Under the pieces are notes generated by a model. It saw only the letters and a program-made list of their open reading frames with translations. It did no database searches and was not told the DNA's origin. The translations under genes and the position numbers were made by a program. A stretch of 64,000 nucleotides of DNA from Candidatus Cloacimonadales bacterium (GTDB taxonomy: Bacteria > Cloacimonadota > Cloacimonadia > Cloacimonadales > JAIOQZ01): positions 1,728,001 to 1,792,000 of the forward strand of contig OY762463.1 in the NCBI GenBank assembly GCA_963665815.1. The letters are read 5' to 3'. Positions 28,870-39,923 of this stretch are shown in pieces (position 1 is the first letter of the stretch; the number at the start of each line of letters is the position of its first letter).

Positions 28870-30552
28870 CTATTTCTTCATATTTCTTTTGATTCTTGCC
28901 CAGGTATCACGCATTGTACAGGTTCTGTTGAACACAGGTGCTCCCGGTTTAGAATCTATCGGATCGGTGTAGAAATATCCTGTTCTCAGGAACTGGAAGT
29001 GTGTTCCCGGTTCTGCATCTTTGAGCCCTGCTTCCAGAATACAGTTTTCGGCGTAAGTCAGGGAATCAGGATTAATATCTTCCATAAAATCACCTGCCTC
29101 TTCCGGTACTTCACTATTGAAAAGGTGATCATAAAGTCTAACTTCTGCTTTGAAGTTATGAGAAGCTGAAACCCAGTGTGATGTACCTTTTACCTTTCTG
29201 CCGTCATCTGACCAACCGCCTTTTGTTGTCGGATCGTAAGTACAGTGAACTTCTACAATGTTACCATCATCATCTTTTATAACATCATTACATGTAACAT
29301 AATAAGCATGTTTCAAGCGCACTTCTTTCCCCGGTGACATACGGAAATACTTCTTAGGAGGATTTTCCATAAAGTCTTCACGTTCAATGTAAAGCTCTCG
29401 TGAGAATATAATCTTTCTTCCTTTATCCTCCGGATCTTCCGGATTGTTTTCTGCCTGCAGTTCTTCAATCTGTCCTTCGGGATAGTTTGTAATTACCACT
29501 TTAAGGGGATCAAGCACAGCCATTACACGCATAGCTTTTTTGTTAAGTTCTTCCCTGACGCAGAACTGCAGCAGAGAGAAATCAACCATACTGTTTGCTT
29601 TTGCCAGTCCGATTCTCTCACAGAAATCTTTTATAGCTTCCGGAGTGTATCCTCTTCTTCGCATACCGGATACCGTTGGAAGACGCGGGTCATCCCAACC
29701 GATTACCTTGTTTTCTTCCACCAGACGGAGAAGTTTACGCTTACTCATCACAGTGTGTGTAAGGTTAAGACGTGCAAACTCAATCTGTCTTGGTTTACTA
29801 ACAGAGCTGACATTATCAACAAACCAGTCATAGAGCGGTCTGTGGTCTTCGAATTCCAGAGAACATAACGAGTGAGTAATGTGCTCAATTGCATCTGAAA
29901 GACAATGAGTGAAATCGTACATCGGATAGATGCACCAGTCATCACCTGTTCTGTGATGATGCACTTTTTTGATTCGGTAGATAACCGGATCACGCATATT
30001 AAGATTAGGTGAAGCCATATCGATTTTAGCTCTGAGCACAGCAGCACCTTCTTCAAATTCACCGTTTTTCATTTTCTCGAACAGTTCGAGGTTTTCTTCT
30101 ATTGATCTGTCTCTGTACGGGCTGTTTTTTCCCGGAGACTTTATTGTTCCTCTGTACTCCTTGTTTTCGTCGGGAGTAAGCTGACATACAAATGCTTTGT
30201 TACTTTTTATCAGTTCAATTGCATATTGGTAAAGCTGCTGAAAGTAATCCGAAGCATAGTGCATGTTATCCCACTGGAATCCGAGCCATTTAATATCATT
30301 CTGGATGGCATCAACGTATTCAACGTCTTCCAGGGCGGGATTAGTGTCATCAAATCTGAGGTTACATGTACCTTTGTAGTCAATAGCAATTCCAAAATTC
30401 AGGCAGATAGATTTTGCGTGCCCGATGTGAAGATATCCGTTTGGTTCCGGCGGAAATCTTGTTGCTATCTCTTTGTGCTTTCCTGTTCTGAGATCATCAT
30501 CAATAATATCTCTGATGAAATTCGAATTAGTTTCTTTTTCATGATTTTCCAT
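28870..30552 (-). CDS. glnS: Glutamine--tRNA ligase
   Basis: [51 protein letters not shown]. Confidence 0.97.
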   Translation of the reverse strand: MENHEKETNSNFIRDIIDDDLRTGKHKEIATRFPPEPNGYLHIGHAKSICLNFGIAIDYKGTCNLRFDDTNPALEDVEYVDAIQNDIKWLGFQWDNMHYASDYFQQLYQYAIELIKSNKAFVCQLTPDENKEYRGTIKSPGKNSPYRDRSIEENLELFEKMKNGEFEEGAAVLRAKIDMASPNLNMRDPVIYRIKKVHHHRTGDDWCIYPMYDFTHCLSDAIEHITHSLCSLEFEDHRPLYDWFVDNVSSVSKPRQIEFARLNLTHTVMSKRKLLRLVEENKVIGWDDPRLPTVSGMRRRGYTPEAIKDFCERIGLAKANSMVDFSLLQFCVREELNKKAMRVMAVLDPLKVVITNYPEGQIEELQAENNPEDPEDKGRKIIFSRELYIEREDFMENPPKKYFRMSPGKEVRLKHAYYVTCNDVIKDDDGNIVEVHCTYDPTTKGGWSDDGRKVKGTSHWVSASHNFKAEVRLYDHLFNSEVPEEAGDFMEDINPDSLTYAENCILEAGLKDAEPGTHFQFLRTGYFYTDPIDSKPGAPVFNRTCTMRDTWARIKRNMKK

Positions 30553-30791
30553 GATTTTACTCCTTACCATTTATGCAATTAGTTTAAGAATTAACAATTT
30601 TATCCAGCGGATTCATGTCAAGCAAGTATTAATATGTTGGTGACTCCCCTTTTTTCTCAGCCACATAATACCTGTTCCCTGAAAGTTTGTTTTTACTTTG
30701 AACTTGCGAATTTCTTTTAGATTCCGGTCTCAGATAAACTCTTTTATTGATATTGAAATTCTGTAACACACAAAAGCAATTGCAGAAACCC

Positions 30792-30819
30792 AAAAAGGCT
30801 GTCATTGCTGACAGCCTTT
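30792..30819 (-). terminator. asnS terminator (bidirectional-type)
   Basis: AAAGGCTGTCA-ttgc-TGACAGCCTTT with A/T flanks. Confidence 0.8.
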
Positions 30820-30835
30820 CATACTTTATACAATA

Positions 30836-32125
30836 TTATGGTTGAATTCTATAAATCATTCTCGGGAATGGTATTGTTTCTCTTATGTGAGGAGAACCTG
30901 CCATCCAGGAAACTATTCTCTCAAGTCCAATACCAAAACCACTGTGAGGTACTGAACCATATTTTCTAAGATCAAGATACCATGAATATTCTTCGAGATC
31001 CATATCTTCTTTTTTCATTCTGCCAAGGAGGACTTCGTAGTCGTCTTCCCTTTGAGATCCACCGATTATTTCTCCGAAGCCTTCAGTTGCGATGAGGTCA
31101 GCACCAAGAACAATGTTTTCATCTTCCGGGTCACGTTTCATGTAGAAAGCTTTGATTTCTTTCGGCCATTTTTCAATGAATACCGGAACATCTGAGTTTT
31201 CAGTAATGAGTGCTTCGTCCGCAGCACCAAGATCATCGTTGTAACCTATCTCAGAACCTTTTGCTTTGAGATAGTCAACAGCTTCTCGGTGAGTCATTCT
31301 TTTGAAAGGAGCATCAGCTTTTTCCAGAGCTTCTATATCTCTTTCCATTATTTCGAGTTCTTTTCGGCATTTCTTGAGGACTGTGCGGATAATGTGTCTT
31401 ATCAATCCTTCCTGTATATCCATGTTTTCATCATGTTCAACAAAAGCAGCCTCCGCATCCATCATCCAGAATTCGGTAAGATGCTTACGTGTTTTGGACT
31501 TCTCAGCTCTGAATACAGGTCCGAAATCATATACACGTCCAAGACTCATAATTCCTGCTTCAAGATATAATTGTCCAGACTGTGACAGATAGGCATTACC
31601 AAGATCGAAATAAGGTACTTCGAACAGGGTTGTTGTTCCTTCACATGCGTTAGGAGTAAGGATTGGTGAATCGAATCTGAAGAAATCGTTGTCATTCAGA
31701 TACTCACAAACTGCATAGTAAACAGTATGTCTGATTCTCAATGTAGCCCATTGCTTGCGTGATCTAAGCCATAAATGTCTGTTGGAAAGCAGAAAGTCAG
31801 TTCCATGTTCCTTGTTGGAAATAGGATATTCCGGTGAGTCGGCAAGGAGTTTTACTGCTTTAACTGCTAACTCATACTGACCTTCTCTTTTAGGATGTTT
31901 AGCCGGTGTACCGACAATTTCAACGGATGATTCAAGACTGATTTTCTTAGCAGCTTTGAACTCTTCATCACCCATATCCGGTCTGAATGCAACACATTGT
32001 ATTTCACTTGTTCCGTCTCGCAATAAGATGAACAATAATTTCCCGCTTGATCTTGTGTTTCTGATCCAACCTCTTAATGTTATTTCTTCTCCAACGTGAG
32101 AAGCTATATCTTTTATCTTAATCAT
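30836..32125 (-). CDS. asnS: Asparagine--tRNA ligase
   Basis: OB-fold LRGW...RDGT, YLSQSGQLY, FRAEKSKTRKHLTEFWM, GGSQRE, YGSVPHSGFGIGLER. Confidence 0.93.
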   Translation of the reverse strand: MIKIKDIASHVGEEITLRGWIRNTRSSGKLLFILLRDGTSEIQCVAFRPDMGDEEFKAAKKISLESSVEIVGTPAKHPKREGQYELAVKAVKLLADSPEYPISNKEHGTDFLLSNRHLWLRSRKQWATLRIRHTVYYAVCEYLNDNDFFRFDSPILTPNACEGTTTLFEVPYFDLGNAYLSQSGQLYLEAGIMSLGRVYDFGPVFRAEKSKTRKHLTEFWMMDAEAAFVEHDENMDIQEGLIRHIIRTVLKKCRKELEIMERDIEALEKADAPFKRMTHREAVDYLKAKGSEIGYNDDLGAADEALITENSDVPVFIEKWPKEIKAFYMKRDPEDENIVLGADLIATEGFGEIIGGSQREDDYEVLLGRMKKEDMDLEEYSWYLDLRKYGSVPHSGFGIGLERIVSWMAGSPHIRETIPFPRMIYRIQP

Positions 32126-32139
32126 TTATATTCTCCTGA

Positions 32140-33117
32140 TTATTTTTTCATTTTATCCAGTATCTCAAGTGCTACTTTTAATGCCCTGGTTCCTGCTTCC
32201 CCGTCAACAACCGGATTTATACCAGCTTCAACCGCATTTACAAAAGACTCAAGCTCCGCTGTCAGAGCATCTTTTTTGCGATTGGAAGCATCCACCTCCA
32301 CAATATCAACGAGTTTTTCTTTAGATTCTTCAAAGCTGGTCAGACCTGCCATTACTTTAGGCAGAACTTTATACAATTGCTTTGACTTGGATACAATCTG
32401 CACTTTTTTCTCCTGAAAATCCATGGAGAAATACTTGTTCTTCTGAAAGAACCTGAATTTTCTTTCTCTCTTCATGGAAATACGGCTGGAAACAACATTT
32501 GCCACAGCACCATTGGCAAACTCTATACGTGCATTGGCAATATCAATGCTTTTTGTTGCAACACTGGCACCACTTGCCCGAATATCTACGACTTCACTCT
32601 TAATGAAATCAAGAATAAGGTCGATGTCATGAATCATGAGTTCCAGAACAACAGGAACATCACTTCCTCTTGGAGTGAAAGGAGCTATCCTGTGACACTC
32701 AATGAAAAGCGGATCATCAATCTGATCGGCAATCTCCAGAACTACAGGATTAAATCGTTCAATATGCCCGACCTGTACTCTCAGATTACGTTCATTTGCA
32801 ATTCTTACCAGATCTTCTGCTTCATGCAGTTCTGCTGTTATTGGCTTTTCAATAAATACATGAATTCCTCTTTCAAGGGCTTCTTTGGCAATTTCATAGT
32901 GAGAAATTGTAGTTACTACAATAACCAGAGCCTCCACCTCATTGAGAAGAGAGTTGAGATCAGGAAAAATCTTTGCATTAATTTTGGTGCCGATTTCCTT
33001 TGCTCTTTTTTTTCTTTTGTCGTATATACCAACAAACTCGCAGAAATCTGCCTGACTTAGAATCCTGGCATGATTCTGTCCAAATTGACCGACTCCGACA
33101 ACTCCGACTCTGATCAT
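32140..33117 (-). CDS. Gfo/Idh/MocA NAD-dependent oxidoreductase (GnnA-like subgroup possible)
   Basis: GVVGVG, IEKP, QVGHIERFNP, LMIHDID. Confidence 0.85.
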   Translation of the reverse strand: MIRVGVVGVGQFGQNHARILSQADFCEFVGIYDKRKKRAKEIGTKINAKIFPDLNSLLNEVEALVIVVTTISHYEIAKEALERGIHVFIEKPITAELHEAEDLVRIANERNLRVQVGHIERFNPVVLEIADQIDDPLFIECHRIAPFTPRGSDVPVVLELMIHDIDLILDFIKSEVVDIRASGASVATKSIDIANARIEFANGAVANVVSSRISMKRERKFRFFQKNKYFSMDFQEKKVQIVSKSKQLYKVLPKVMAGLTSFEESKEKLVDIVEVDASNRKKDALTAELESFVNAVEAGINPVVDGEAGTRALKVALEILDKMKK

Positions 33118-33265
33118 TATAACTCCTTAATTTACTGTGATTACAATTCAAAATTCATTTTCATGAATAGAGTTTGATGTCAAGAAATTTGTGCTTTGCG
33201 TAAATGATAAAAATATTGACAATAAAAAATTAATATACAAATTTCAAGAAAGTGAAGGAGGAATT

Positions 33266-33637
33266 ATGATTTTCCCATTTGAGTTGATTTTTAATGCTGT
33301 GCTAATGTATTTTATCCTTAATGCAGTCGTAGGAAGAATTGATGATTTTAAATCATTTCTACTTAAATTCATTCTCATTTCATTTATCGCATTCGTAGCA
33401 TCTTTTTTTCTCATTAGGGCTATTGGTGGAATTGGAGGTTTTAGCATTCTAGTTATCTATGTTCTGGGATTTACTTTTTTCCTGCATATTGATATAAAAC
33501 AAAGCCTGCAGTCTGTGGGAATCTTTTTTGTTGTAATGATAATCATTGCAGGTCTAAGTAAATTTATGCATTCCATAATTGCTTATGGACTTATTATTGC
33601 TGCATATTTCATTATATCTGCATTGAGGAAGAAGTAA
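33266..33637 (+). CDS. Small multi-pass membrane protein, paralog 1
   Basis: ATG follows GGAGG; almost entirely hydrophobic; similar to the next ORF. Confidence 0.7.
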   Translation: MIFPFELIFNAVLMYFILNAVVGRIDDFKSFLLKFILISFIAFVASFFLIRAIGGIGGFSILVIYVLGFTFFLHIDIKQSLQSVGIFFVVMIIIAGLSKFMHSIIAYGLIIAAYFIISALRKK

Positions 33638-33662
33638 TTCTGTTAATAAACAGGAGGTATCT

Positions 33663-34046
33663 ATGTTGTATCCATTACTCTTTCTATATCATCTGATTAT
33701 TGCATATTTTATTCTTGAAACTGTTACTGGGGAAATTATTGATTTGAAAGCTTTCGCAGAACAGTTTCTATTAATCTATATTCCGACTTTCTTTGCAACG
33801 GTTCTCATGTGGAAGTATGGTAAAATATCCGCTTATGCTGTAGGTCTGGCAGTTTTGTTTTACGGATTCAAAAATCAGCTTAGGATGACCCTGAAAGACT
33901 GCTTTCTCAGTATCGGGCTGTATTGTGTTGTTATTATTGTAGTCCATATACTCAATATCTACATTCCTTATATTCTGGCTTATAGTGTGGTTACTACCGT
34001 TTTTGTTCTCTGGAGATATGTGTTGAGAAGGTTTTTTATCAGATAG
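33663..34046 (+). CDS. Small multi-pass membrane protein, paralog 2
   Basis: GGAGG RBS; shares YFILxxVxGxIxDxKxF and SxG motifs with 33266-33637. Confidence 0.7.
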   Translation: MLYPLLFLYHLIIAYFILETVTGEIIDLKAFAEQFLLIYIPTFFATVLMWKYGKISAYAVGLAVLFYGFKNQLRMTLKDCFLSIGLYCVVIIVVHILNIYIPYILAYSVVTTVFVLWRYVLRRFFIR

Positions 34047-34233
34047 GTGTGTTGTTTGGTGTCGTAGTGTTTACTCATGTACATACTAAACTGTGTAAGT
34101 TCACTGGTAAAAACAGGTACTCCCTTTACTATTTATATTGACACAAATTTTTAATTGAGATATACAACAAACTGCCATAAAAGTATTTAGCATAGCAAAT
34201 AATTAAATGTACTGATTAAGAATGTAAAAAATC

Positions 34234-34261
34234 TTGACACATAAATGTACCGGTGTACTAT
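34234..34261 (+). promoter_or_regulatory. Sigma70-like promoter of sppA
   Basis: TTGACA-N16-TACTAT. Confidence 0.5.
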
Positions 34262-34294
34262 TGTACCATAACACCAAAACATAAGGAGAATGTT

Positions 34295-36754
34295 ATGAAA
34301 AAGTTTTCAGTTTTGATACTTGCTTTATTTATTTTCAGCTTTGTATTTGCAGAAGCTGATTATATTCACAGTCCTAATAATATGAAGCTGCCCGTTGCGG
34401 CAACTGATGACGTATTTTCAGGAAAAACAAATCCTGCAGCAGCAGCGTTTGATAATGCTGAAGGGCTTGGATTTATGCGTAACTTTAATGATAGTGATGA
34501 TTTCTTCGGGAAAAACTACTCAATAGTCATGGGTGGAAATCTTGGTTTTGTTTACGATAGATACAATAGTTCAAACTACTATAAACTCTATCTTGGAACA
34601 GAAGTATTTGATAATTTTTATCTTGGAGCCAACTGGGATTGGAAGGACCATACTTTCGATACAGGTAATTTCGGAGCATCAATGCTCTATCGTCCCATAA
34701 ACAGCCTTTCTCTTGGTGCAGTATATAACAAAAGATATGTAAGTACAGAAACTAGTATGATCGAAAAAGAAGTCTATACAGCAGGTATAGCTGTCAGACC
34801 ACTTTACTTTTCGGAAAAATTACATAACAGATTAACGCTTACAGTTGATGCCAATGTTTACAGTGGTGAAATGAAAAGTCCTACAATAGGAATTTCAACA
34901 GAATTCCTTAATGGTTATTTCCTCGGTGGTTATGCTGATCTTGAAGAAGAAACATTCGGTTTTCGTTTCTCTACATCTTTTGGTAATTCTAAAGGAGGAT
35001 GCATAGCTAACTTCAATATGAATGATGATGATGCAACAGGTAAGGAATCCGGTTTCACAGAAGGTATTTATCATACTCAGATTAATGAAAAAGTTTTCAG
35101 AGCATTCATGCCAAAGTTTGGAACAAAAAAATACTACGAGTTGAATCTTGATAAAGTGGTTGTGGATAAAAGATCAGGAATTAAACTTGGTCCTATCACA
35201 TTGTCATTAGATAAACAAATGGAATTACAAGAGCTTGTTTCTATCCTTAAAACAATCGAACTTGATAAAAGCTATGATGGTGTAATTGTAAAACCAACCA
35301 AATTCGGAACTAATCTGGCAAACTACATGGAGTTAAAAGATGCATTTCTCAGTATGAAGAAATCAGGGAAAAAGGTTATCTTCTATTTTGAAAATATTGG
35401 AAACTTCAATTATGCTTTTGCAGCTTCAGTTGCAGATAAAATCTACTTGAATCCTAATGGAACAGCAGATATTAAAGGTTTTGCAGCAACAATGCCTTAT
35501 ATCAAAGGTCTTCTCGATACTCTCGGTATTGATGTTGTAAATCTCAGATCTCACAAATACAAAACAGCTATGAATATGTTCTCAGAAACAGAAATGACTC
35601 CAACTGAGCGTGAAGCACTGGAATACATCTTTAACGGTATTACAGACGAGTACAAAAAGTTGATTACAAGTGGAAGAGGAGATAAACTTACAGAATCTAT
35701 AGATACTATCGTAGAAAACGGACCATATTTTGATGCAAAAGATCTTATTGCTAAAGGACTTGTTGACGGTCTTATATATGAAAATGATCTAAAAGAAGAG
35801 ATTGCAACAATGGAAGGCACTAAAGTTTTCTACATAAATAACATTCGTAGAGTTAACTATCACTATAACTGGAAGAAACCTGAAACAGCTAATGTAGCAG
35901 TTATTTATGCTGAAGGTAACATTCATTCAGGAAAATCACAGGTTGGAAAATCAATAGGATCAAAAACTTATGCAGATGCTATTGAGGCAGCAAGAAAGAA
36001 TAAGAATATTGATGCGATCATTCTCCGCGTTAACAGCGGCGGTGGTGGTGCAATAGCTTCAGATATTATTGCTCATGAAATCAAGAAATGTACAACAGGT
36101 GAAAATGCAAAACCTGTAATTGCATCCATGGGCGGCTATGCAGCATCCGGAGGATATTTCATCAGTTGTCATGCAGACAAGATTTATGCTGACCCAACCA
36201 CAATCACCGGTTCCATTGGTGTCGTCGGAATGATGATGAGCGGTGAAGAGCTTCTTAAGAAAATTAAGGTTAACTTCTCTACCGTTAAAACCAGTAAGTA
36301 TGCAGATCTGGGTTCATTTACCCGTAAAATGACTGATGAAGAAAAGCAAATGATGGAAAAATACATTCATGTTTCTTATGATTCATTTATTGGAAATGTA
36401 GCAGAAGGCAGAGGAATGTCTAAGGAAGAAGTTCATAAAGTTGCCCAGGGAAGAGTTTGGACAGGTGTACAAGCTAAAGAAAGAGGACTTATTGATGAAC
36501 TTGGAACTCTTGAAGATGTTAAGGAAGATCTCAAAAAACAACTTGGTGTTGAAAAACTTTATATCAGAGAATATCCAAAAGCAGAAAACATCCTTACAAT
36601 CAATATGGATGGTTCGCTGGTAACTATGGGAGCAGGAAGTCTTATCCCTGAAGAACTTGCAGAACATCTTGAGCAATTCAAACAGCTTGCAAATGTCAAA
36701 GAAGAAAGAGTACTCTATTTACTACCTTATCTTCTTAATCAAAGCTACGAATAG
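34295..36754 (+). CDS. sppA: Signal peptide peptidase SppA (tandem S49 domains) with extra N-terminal beta-rich domain
   Basis: KSGKKV, ADKIYLNP, KYKTA, LRVNSGGG, SMGGYAASGGY, TITGSIGV, QGRVWTG, GLIDELG. ATG follows AAGGAG. Confidence 0.88.
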   Translation: MKKFSVLILALFIFSFVFAEADYIHSPNNMKLPVAATDDVFSGKTNPAAAAFDNAEGLGFMRNFNDSDDFFGKNYSIVMGGNLGFVYDRYNSSNYYKLYLGTEVFDNFYLGANWDWKDHTFDTGNFGASMLYRPINSLSLGAVYNKRYVSTETSMIEKEVYTAGIAVRPLYFSEKLHNRLTLTVDANVYSGEMKSPTIGISTEFLNGYFLGGYADLEEETFGFRFSTSFGNSKGGCIANFNMNDDDATGKESGFTEGIYHTQINEKVFRAFMPKFGTKKYYELNLDKVVVDKRSGIKLGPITLSLDKQMELQELVSILKTIELDKSYDGVIVKPTKFGTNLANYMELKDAFLSMKKSGKKVIFYFENIGNFNYAFAASVADKIYLNPNGTADIKGFAATMPYIKGLLDTLGIDVVNLRSHKYKTAMNMFSETEMTPTEREALEYIFNGITDEYKKLITSGRGDKLTESIDTIVENGPYFDAKDLIAKGLVDGLIYENDLKEEIATMEGTKVFYINNIRRVNYHYNWKKPETANVAVIYAEGNIHSGKSQVGKSIGSKTYADAIEAARKNKNIDAIILRVNSGGGGAIASDIIAHEIKKCTTGENAKPVIASMGGYAASGGYFISCHADKIYADPTTITGSIGVVGMMMSGEELLKKIKVNFSTVKTSKYADLGSFTRKMTDEEKQMMEKYIHVSYDSFIGNVAEGRGMSKEEVHKVAQGRVWTGVQAKERGLIDELGTLEDVKEDLKKQLGVEKLYIREYPKAENILTINMDGSLVTMGAGSLIPEELAEHLEQFKQLANVKEERVLYLLPYLLNQSYE

Positions 36755-36779
36755 AACAATCTCAATTCATACATACAGA

Positions 36780-36809
36780 AAAGCCTGTTGGGTAAATCCG
36801 ACAGGCTTT
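36780..36809. terminator. Bidirectional terminator between convergent sppA and RND genes
   Basis: AAAGCCTGTTGG-gtaaat-CCGACAGGCTTT. Confidence 0.7.
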
Positions 36810-36842
36810 AACTTTAATGTATGATTTGACTAAGAATAGCTT

Positions 36843-39800
36843 TTATTTATCTGATCTACTCTTAGTTTTTGTAAACACGTAATACAAAGAAGGAATAAGA
36901 AGCAGGGTAAGCAGAGTGGAAGTTATCATACCGCCAATCTGTACCATTGCCATAGGAATTCTCATTTCTTTACCGGCAGATCCGAATCCAAGTGCCATAG
37001 GGAGCATACCGAGAACAATAGCAGAAGTTGTCATGAGAACAGCACGCATCTTTGTCGGGCAGGCAACAATTAACGCTTCTTTAACACTCATACCGTTTTT
37101 ATCCTGCAGCATTTTGGTATAATCAAGAATCAGGATCGCATCGTTAACCACCAGCCCGATCAGCATAATAATCGCCATCATCGAGAACATATTCATAGAT
37201 GTTCCTGTAAGAATCATCAGCAGGAACACTCCGATTGTTGCCATAGGCAGGGTTGATAAGATAAGCAGCGGTTGGAAGAATGATTCCAGAATAGAGGCAA
37301 GCAACATGTAAGTAAGTATAATAGCAATCATAAATGCCATACCCATATCCATTTTAGTCTCTTCCATCATCTCAGCATCACCACCAAGTTTATGGGTTAT
37401 TTCGTTCGGGAAGTTCATCGATTCGAAAATATCCTCTATCTGAGTTGTAATCTTATCTATGGTTATTCCCGCAGCGGCACTACCTTTCACTTCAACAGTA
37501 GGAAGCTTATCCATGTGTTGAATTTCTGTTGTTCCTTCAGTGTATTTCACTTCAGCTAACTGACTGACTTTATATGTACCATTAGCTGTAACAACAGGCA
37601 AAGCGGCAAGCTCTTCCGGGGAATCTACTGCGGAATCCTTGAGACAAACCCTGATATCATATTCCTCTCCCCTGTCTCTGTAAACAGATGGAACGACACC
37701 CTCCAAAGCATTACGTACAGTCATGGAAAGATCATAAGCCGTCAGTCCCAGATCAGAAAGAAGTTTTCTGTCAGGGATAAGAGTAATCTCAGGTTTACCA
37801 ATTCTGAAAGAAGTATCATAATTGATAAGACCTTTTACATTACGCATTTTTGCGTTCAGTTCAGGAATATACGATTCCAGTTGATCCTTGTCAGGACCAA
37901 TAAGAAAGTACTGAATTTGTTCCTGATCATCCCGGTTTGGTTTACAATTTATTTTTGCGTCTGTAACTTCTGATAGCTTCTCTATAAATTCTTGATTTAC
38001 TTCTGCAGCTGTAATATTTCTGTATTTTGCATCTCTCAGTCTAACTGCTATTTTGGCCTTATGAGTTCCCTTATCATCACCCAGAGTAGTTAATACCTGC
38101 TCAACAAGTTCATTCTCGAGAACAATATCTTCTATTCTTTTTATGGTTGAAGCAGTCTTCTCCAGAGTAGCCCCAAGAGGCATTTCAGCCCTGACAACAA
38201 TATCTCCGGAGTCAAATGCCGGCATAAATTCCATTCCGGGAGTTCCAGTTGCTCCCATATACATAAATAATCCGATAAGAGATACAATCATGAGAAACAG
38301 AAAGAATAATGGTCTCTTCTTATTACCCAGAACAAACTTCAAAAGATGAGTATATTTTTCCTCAAACCAGTTAAATCGACTATCCATAAATCGTCCGAAC
38401 CAACCTTTCTTCTCTTCAAGAGGTAAGATAATGGATGCCAGCATTGGAGTTAAGGTAAATGACATAAGCAGTGAAAACACTGTTGAGAACACAACTGTAA
38501 GTGCGAACTCAACAAAGAACTGACCTGCCAGAGATGTCATGGAAGCAATTGGCAGGAACACAACAAGATTTGTAGCGGTGGAAGCTATTACTGCGGTTGT
38601 AACTTCAGCAGTACCTTCCCGAGCGGCATCTTTCTTTTTACGTCCCATTTTCCTGAACCTGAATATATTCTCCAACACCACAATTGAGTTGGATACCAGA
38701 ACCCCGACCGCTGTCGAAAGCCCCATAAGGGAAAGCATGTTAAGAGAGAATCCCATAGCATCTAACACAATGAATGTTGATATAATAGATGTTGGCATAG
38801 ATATAGCAACAATTAATGTAGATCTTAAGTCTGTAAGAAATAAGAACAGAACCAGACCTGTCAGAAGAACTCCCAGTATCAGGTTCTCAATTGTATCCTC
38901 TACTGATGCTTTTATAAATATAGAATTATCGTATAATACGTTCAGTTTCATTCCCGCGGGAAGAGATTTACTGATCTCAGGTATCATTCCGATAACCTCT
39001 TCAGCAAGGGCTACCGTATTAGCATCGGAAGCCTTCAGTAAACTGAATGTCAGAACGTTATCATTCCTGAATTTCTTGATATTGTCAAAGTAAACAGATT
39101 TCAGTCTTACATCCTTATAACTATCTTTCACATCAGCTAAATCTTTTATCTTTTTGGTTGTCATTCCAGCAGGTATTTCCAGATTTTTCAGCTCATCCAG
39201 ATTCTGGAACTCCGCATCGGTTTTAATCGTTGTCTCTCGATTTTCATTTTTAAAATATCCTGCAGAAATTTCGGCGTTGTTCGCTGCAATAAAATCTCCC
39301 ATCATTGAGATAGAAAGATTGTTCTCAAAAAGAGTTCTGGAATCACTTTCCACTCTTATCTCACGCTCTTTACCACCGGATATTTCCACTCTGGCAACAC
39401 CAGCAACCTGAGCAAATTTATCTTTAAGACGATTATCAGCATAATCATATAAGTCCAGTCCACTGACGAGATCTTTATCCCCACTTAGGACAACTTGTAC
39501 AACCGGTTCTGAGCCAATCTCAAATTTTTCAACAGCAGGTTGTTCTGCATCTCCGGGGAGCTCTGCAACAATAGCAGAAACTTTATCTTTTACTTCCTGA
39601 TTAGCTACATCAGGATCTTTATCCAAAGCAAATTTAATCCAGACCATGGAAACATTCTGCATGGAAAATGACTGGATGTTTTCAATTCCGCTAATCGTAG
39701 CAATCTGTTCTTCAATAACATTTGTAATCTGCTTTTCAACTTCTTCCGGACCTGCTCCAATATAGATTGTTTTTATAGATACGAACGGAAAGTTCACATC

Positions 39801-39914
39801 AGGAAACATATCCACAGGCAGTTTAAAGAAGGAAAGAAATCCAAACATAATCAGTGCTGCAATAATCATTGTGATCATTACAGGTTTCTTTATAGCAATG
39901 TTTGATAAAAACAT
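36843..39914 (-). CDS. RND efflux permease (AcrB/AcrD/AcrF family)
   Basis: 1023 aa; LPVDMFP, GAGPEEVE, IVVLENI, SFTLTPML, GLVVNDAIL, RAVLMTT. Confidence 0.93.
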   Translation of the reverse strand: MFLSNIAIKKPVMITMIIAALIMFGFLSFFKLPVDMFPDVNFPFVSIKTIYIGAGPEEVEKQITNVIEEQIATISGIENIQSFSMQNVSMVWIKFALDKDPDVANQEVKDKVSAIVAELPGDAEQPAVEKFEIGSEPVVQVVLSGDKDLVSGLDLYDYADNRLKDKFAQVAGVARVEISGGKEREIRVESDSRTLFENNLSISMMGDFIAANNAEISAGYFKNENRETTIKTDAEFQNLDELKNLEIPAGMTTKKIKDLADVKDSYKDVRLKSVYFDNIKKFRNDNVLTFSLLKASDANTVALAEEVIGMIPEISKSLPAGMKLNVLYDNSIFIKASVEDTIENLILGVLLTGLVLFLFLTDLRSTLIVAISMPTSIISTFIVLDAMGFSLNMLSLMGLSTAVGVLVSNSIVVLENIFRFRKMGRKKKDAAREGTAEVTTAVIASTATNLVVFLPIASMTSLAGQFFVEFALTVVFSTVFSLLMSFTLTPMLASIILPLEEKKGWFGRFMDSRFNWFEEKYTHLLKFVLGNKKRPLFFLFLMIVSLIGLFMYMGATGTPGMEFMPAFDSGDIVVRAEMPLGATLEKTASTIKRIEDIVLENELVEQVLTTLGDDKGTHKAKIAVRLRDAKYRNITAAEVNQEFIEKLSEVTDAKINCKPNRDDQEQIQYFLIGPDKDQLESYIPELNAKMRNVKGLINYDTSFRIGKPEITLIPDRKLLSDLGLTAYDLSMTVRNALEGVVPSVYRDRGEEYDIRVCLKDSAVDSPEELAALPVVTANGTYKVSQLAEVKYTEGTTEIQHMDKLPTVEVKGSAAAGITIDKITTQIEDIFESMNFPNEITHKLGGDAEMMEETKMDMGMAFMIAIILTYMLLASILESFFQPLLILSTLPMATIGVFLLMILTGTSMNMFSMMAIIMLIGLVVNDAILILDYTKMLQDKNGMSVKEALIVACPTKMRAVLMTTSAIVLGMLPMALGFGSAGKEMRIPMAMVQIGGMITSTLLTLLLIPSLYYVFTKTKSRSDK

Positions 39915-39923
39915 TATTTCTCC

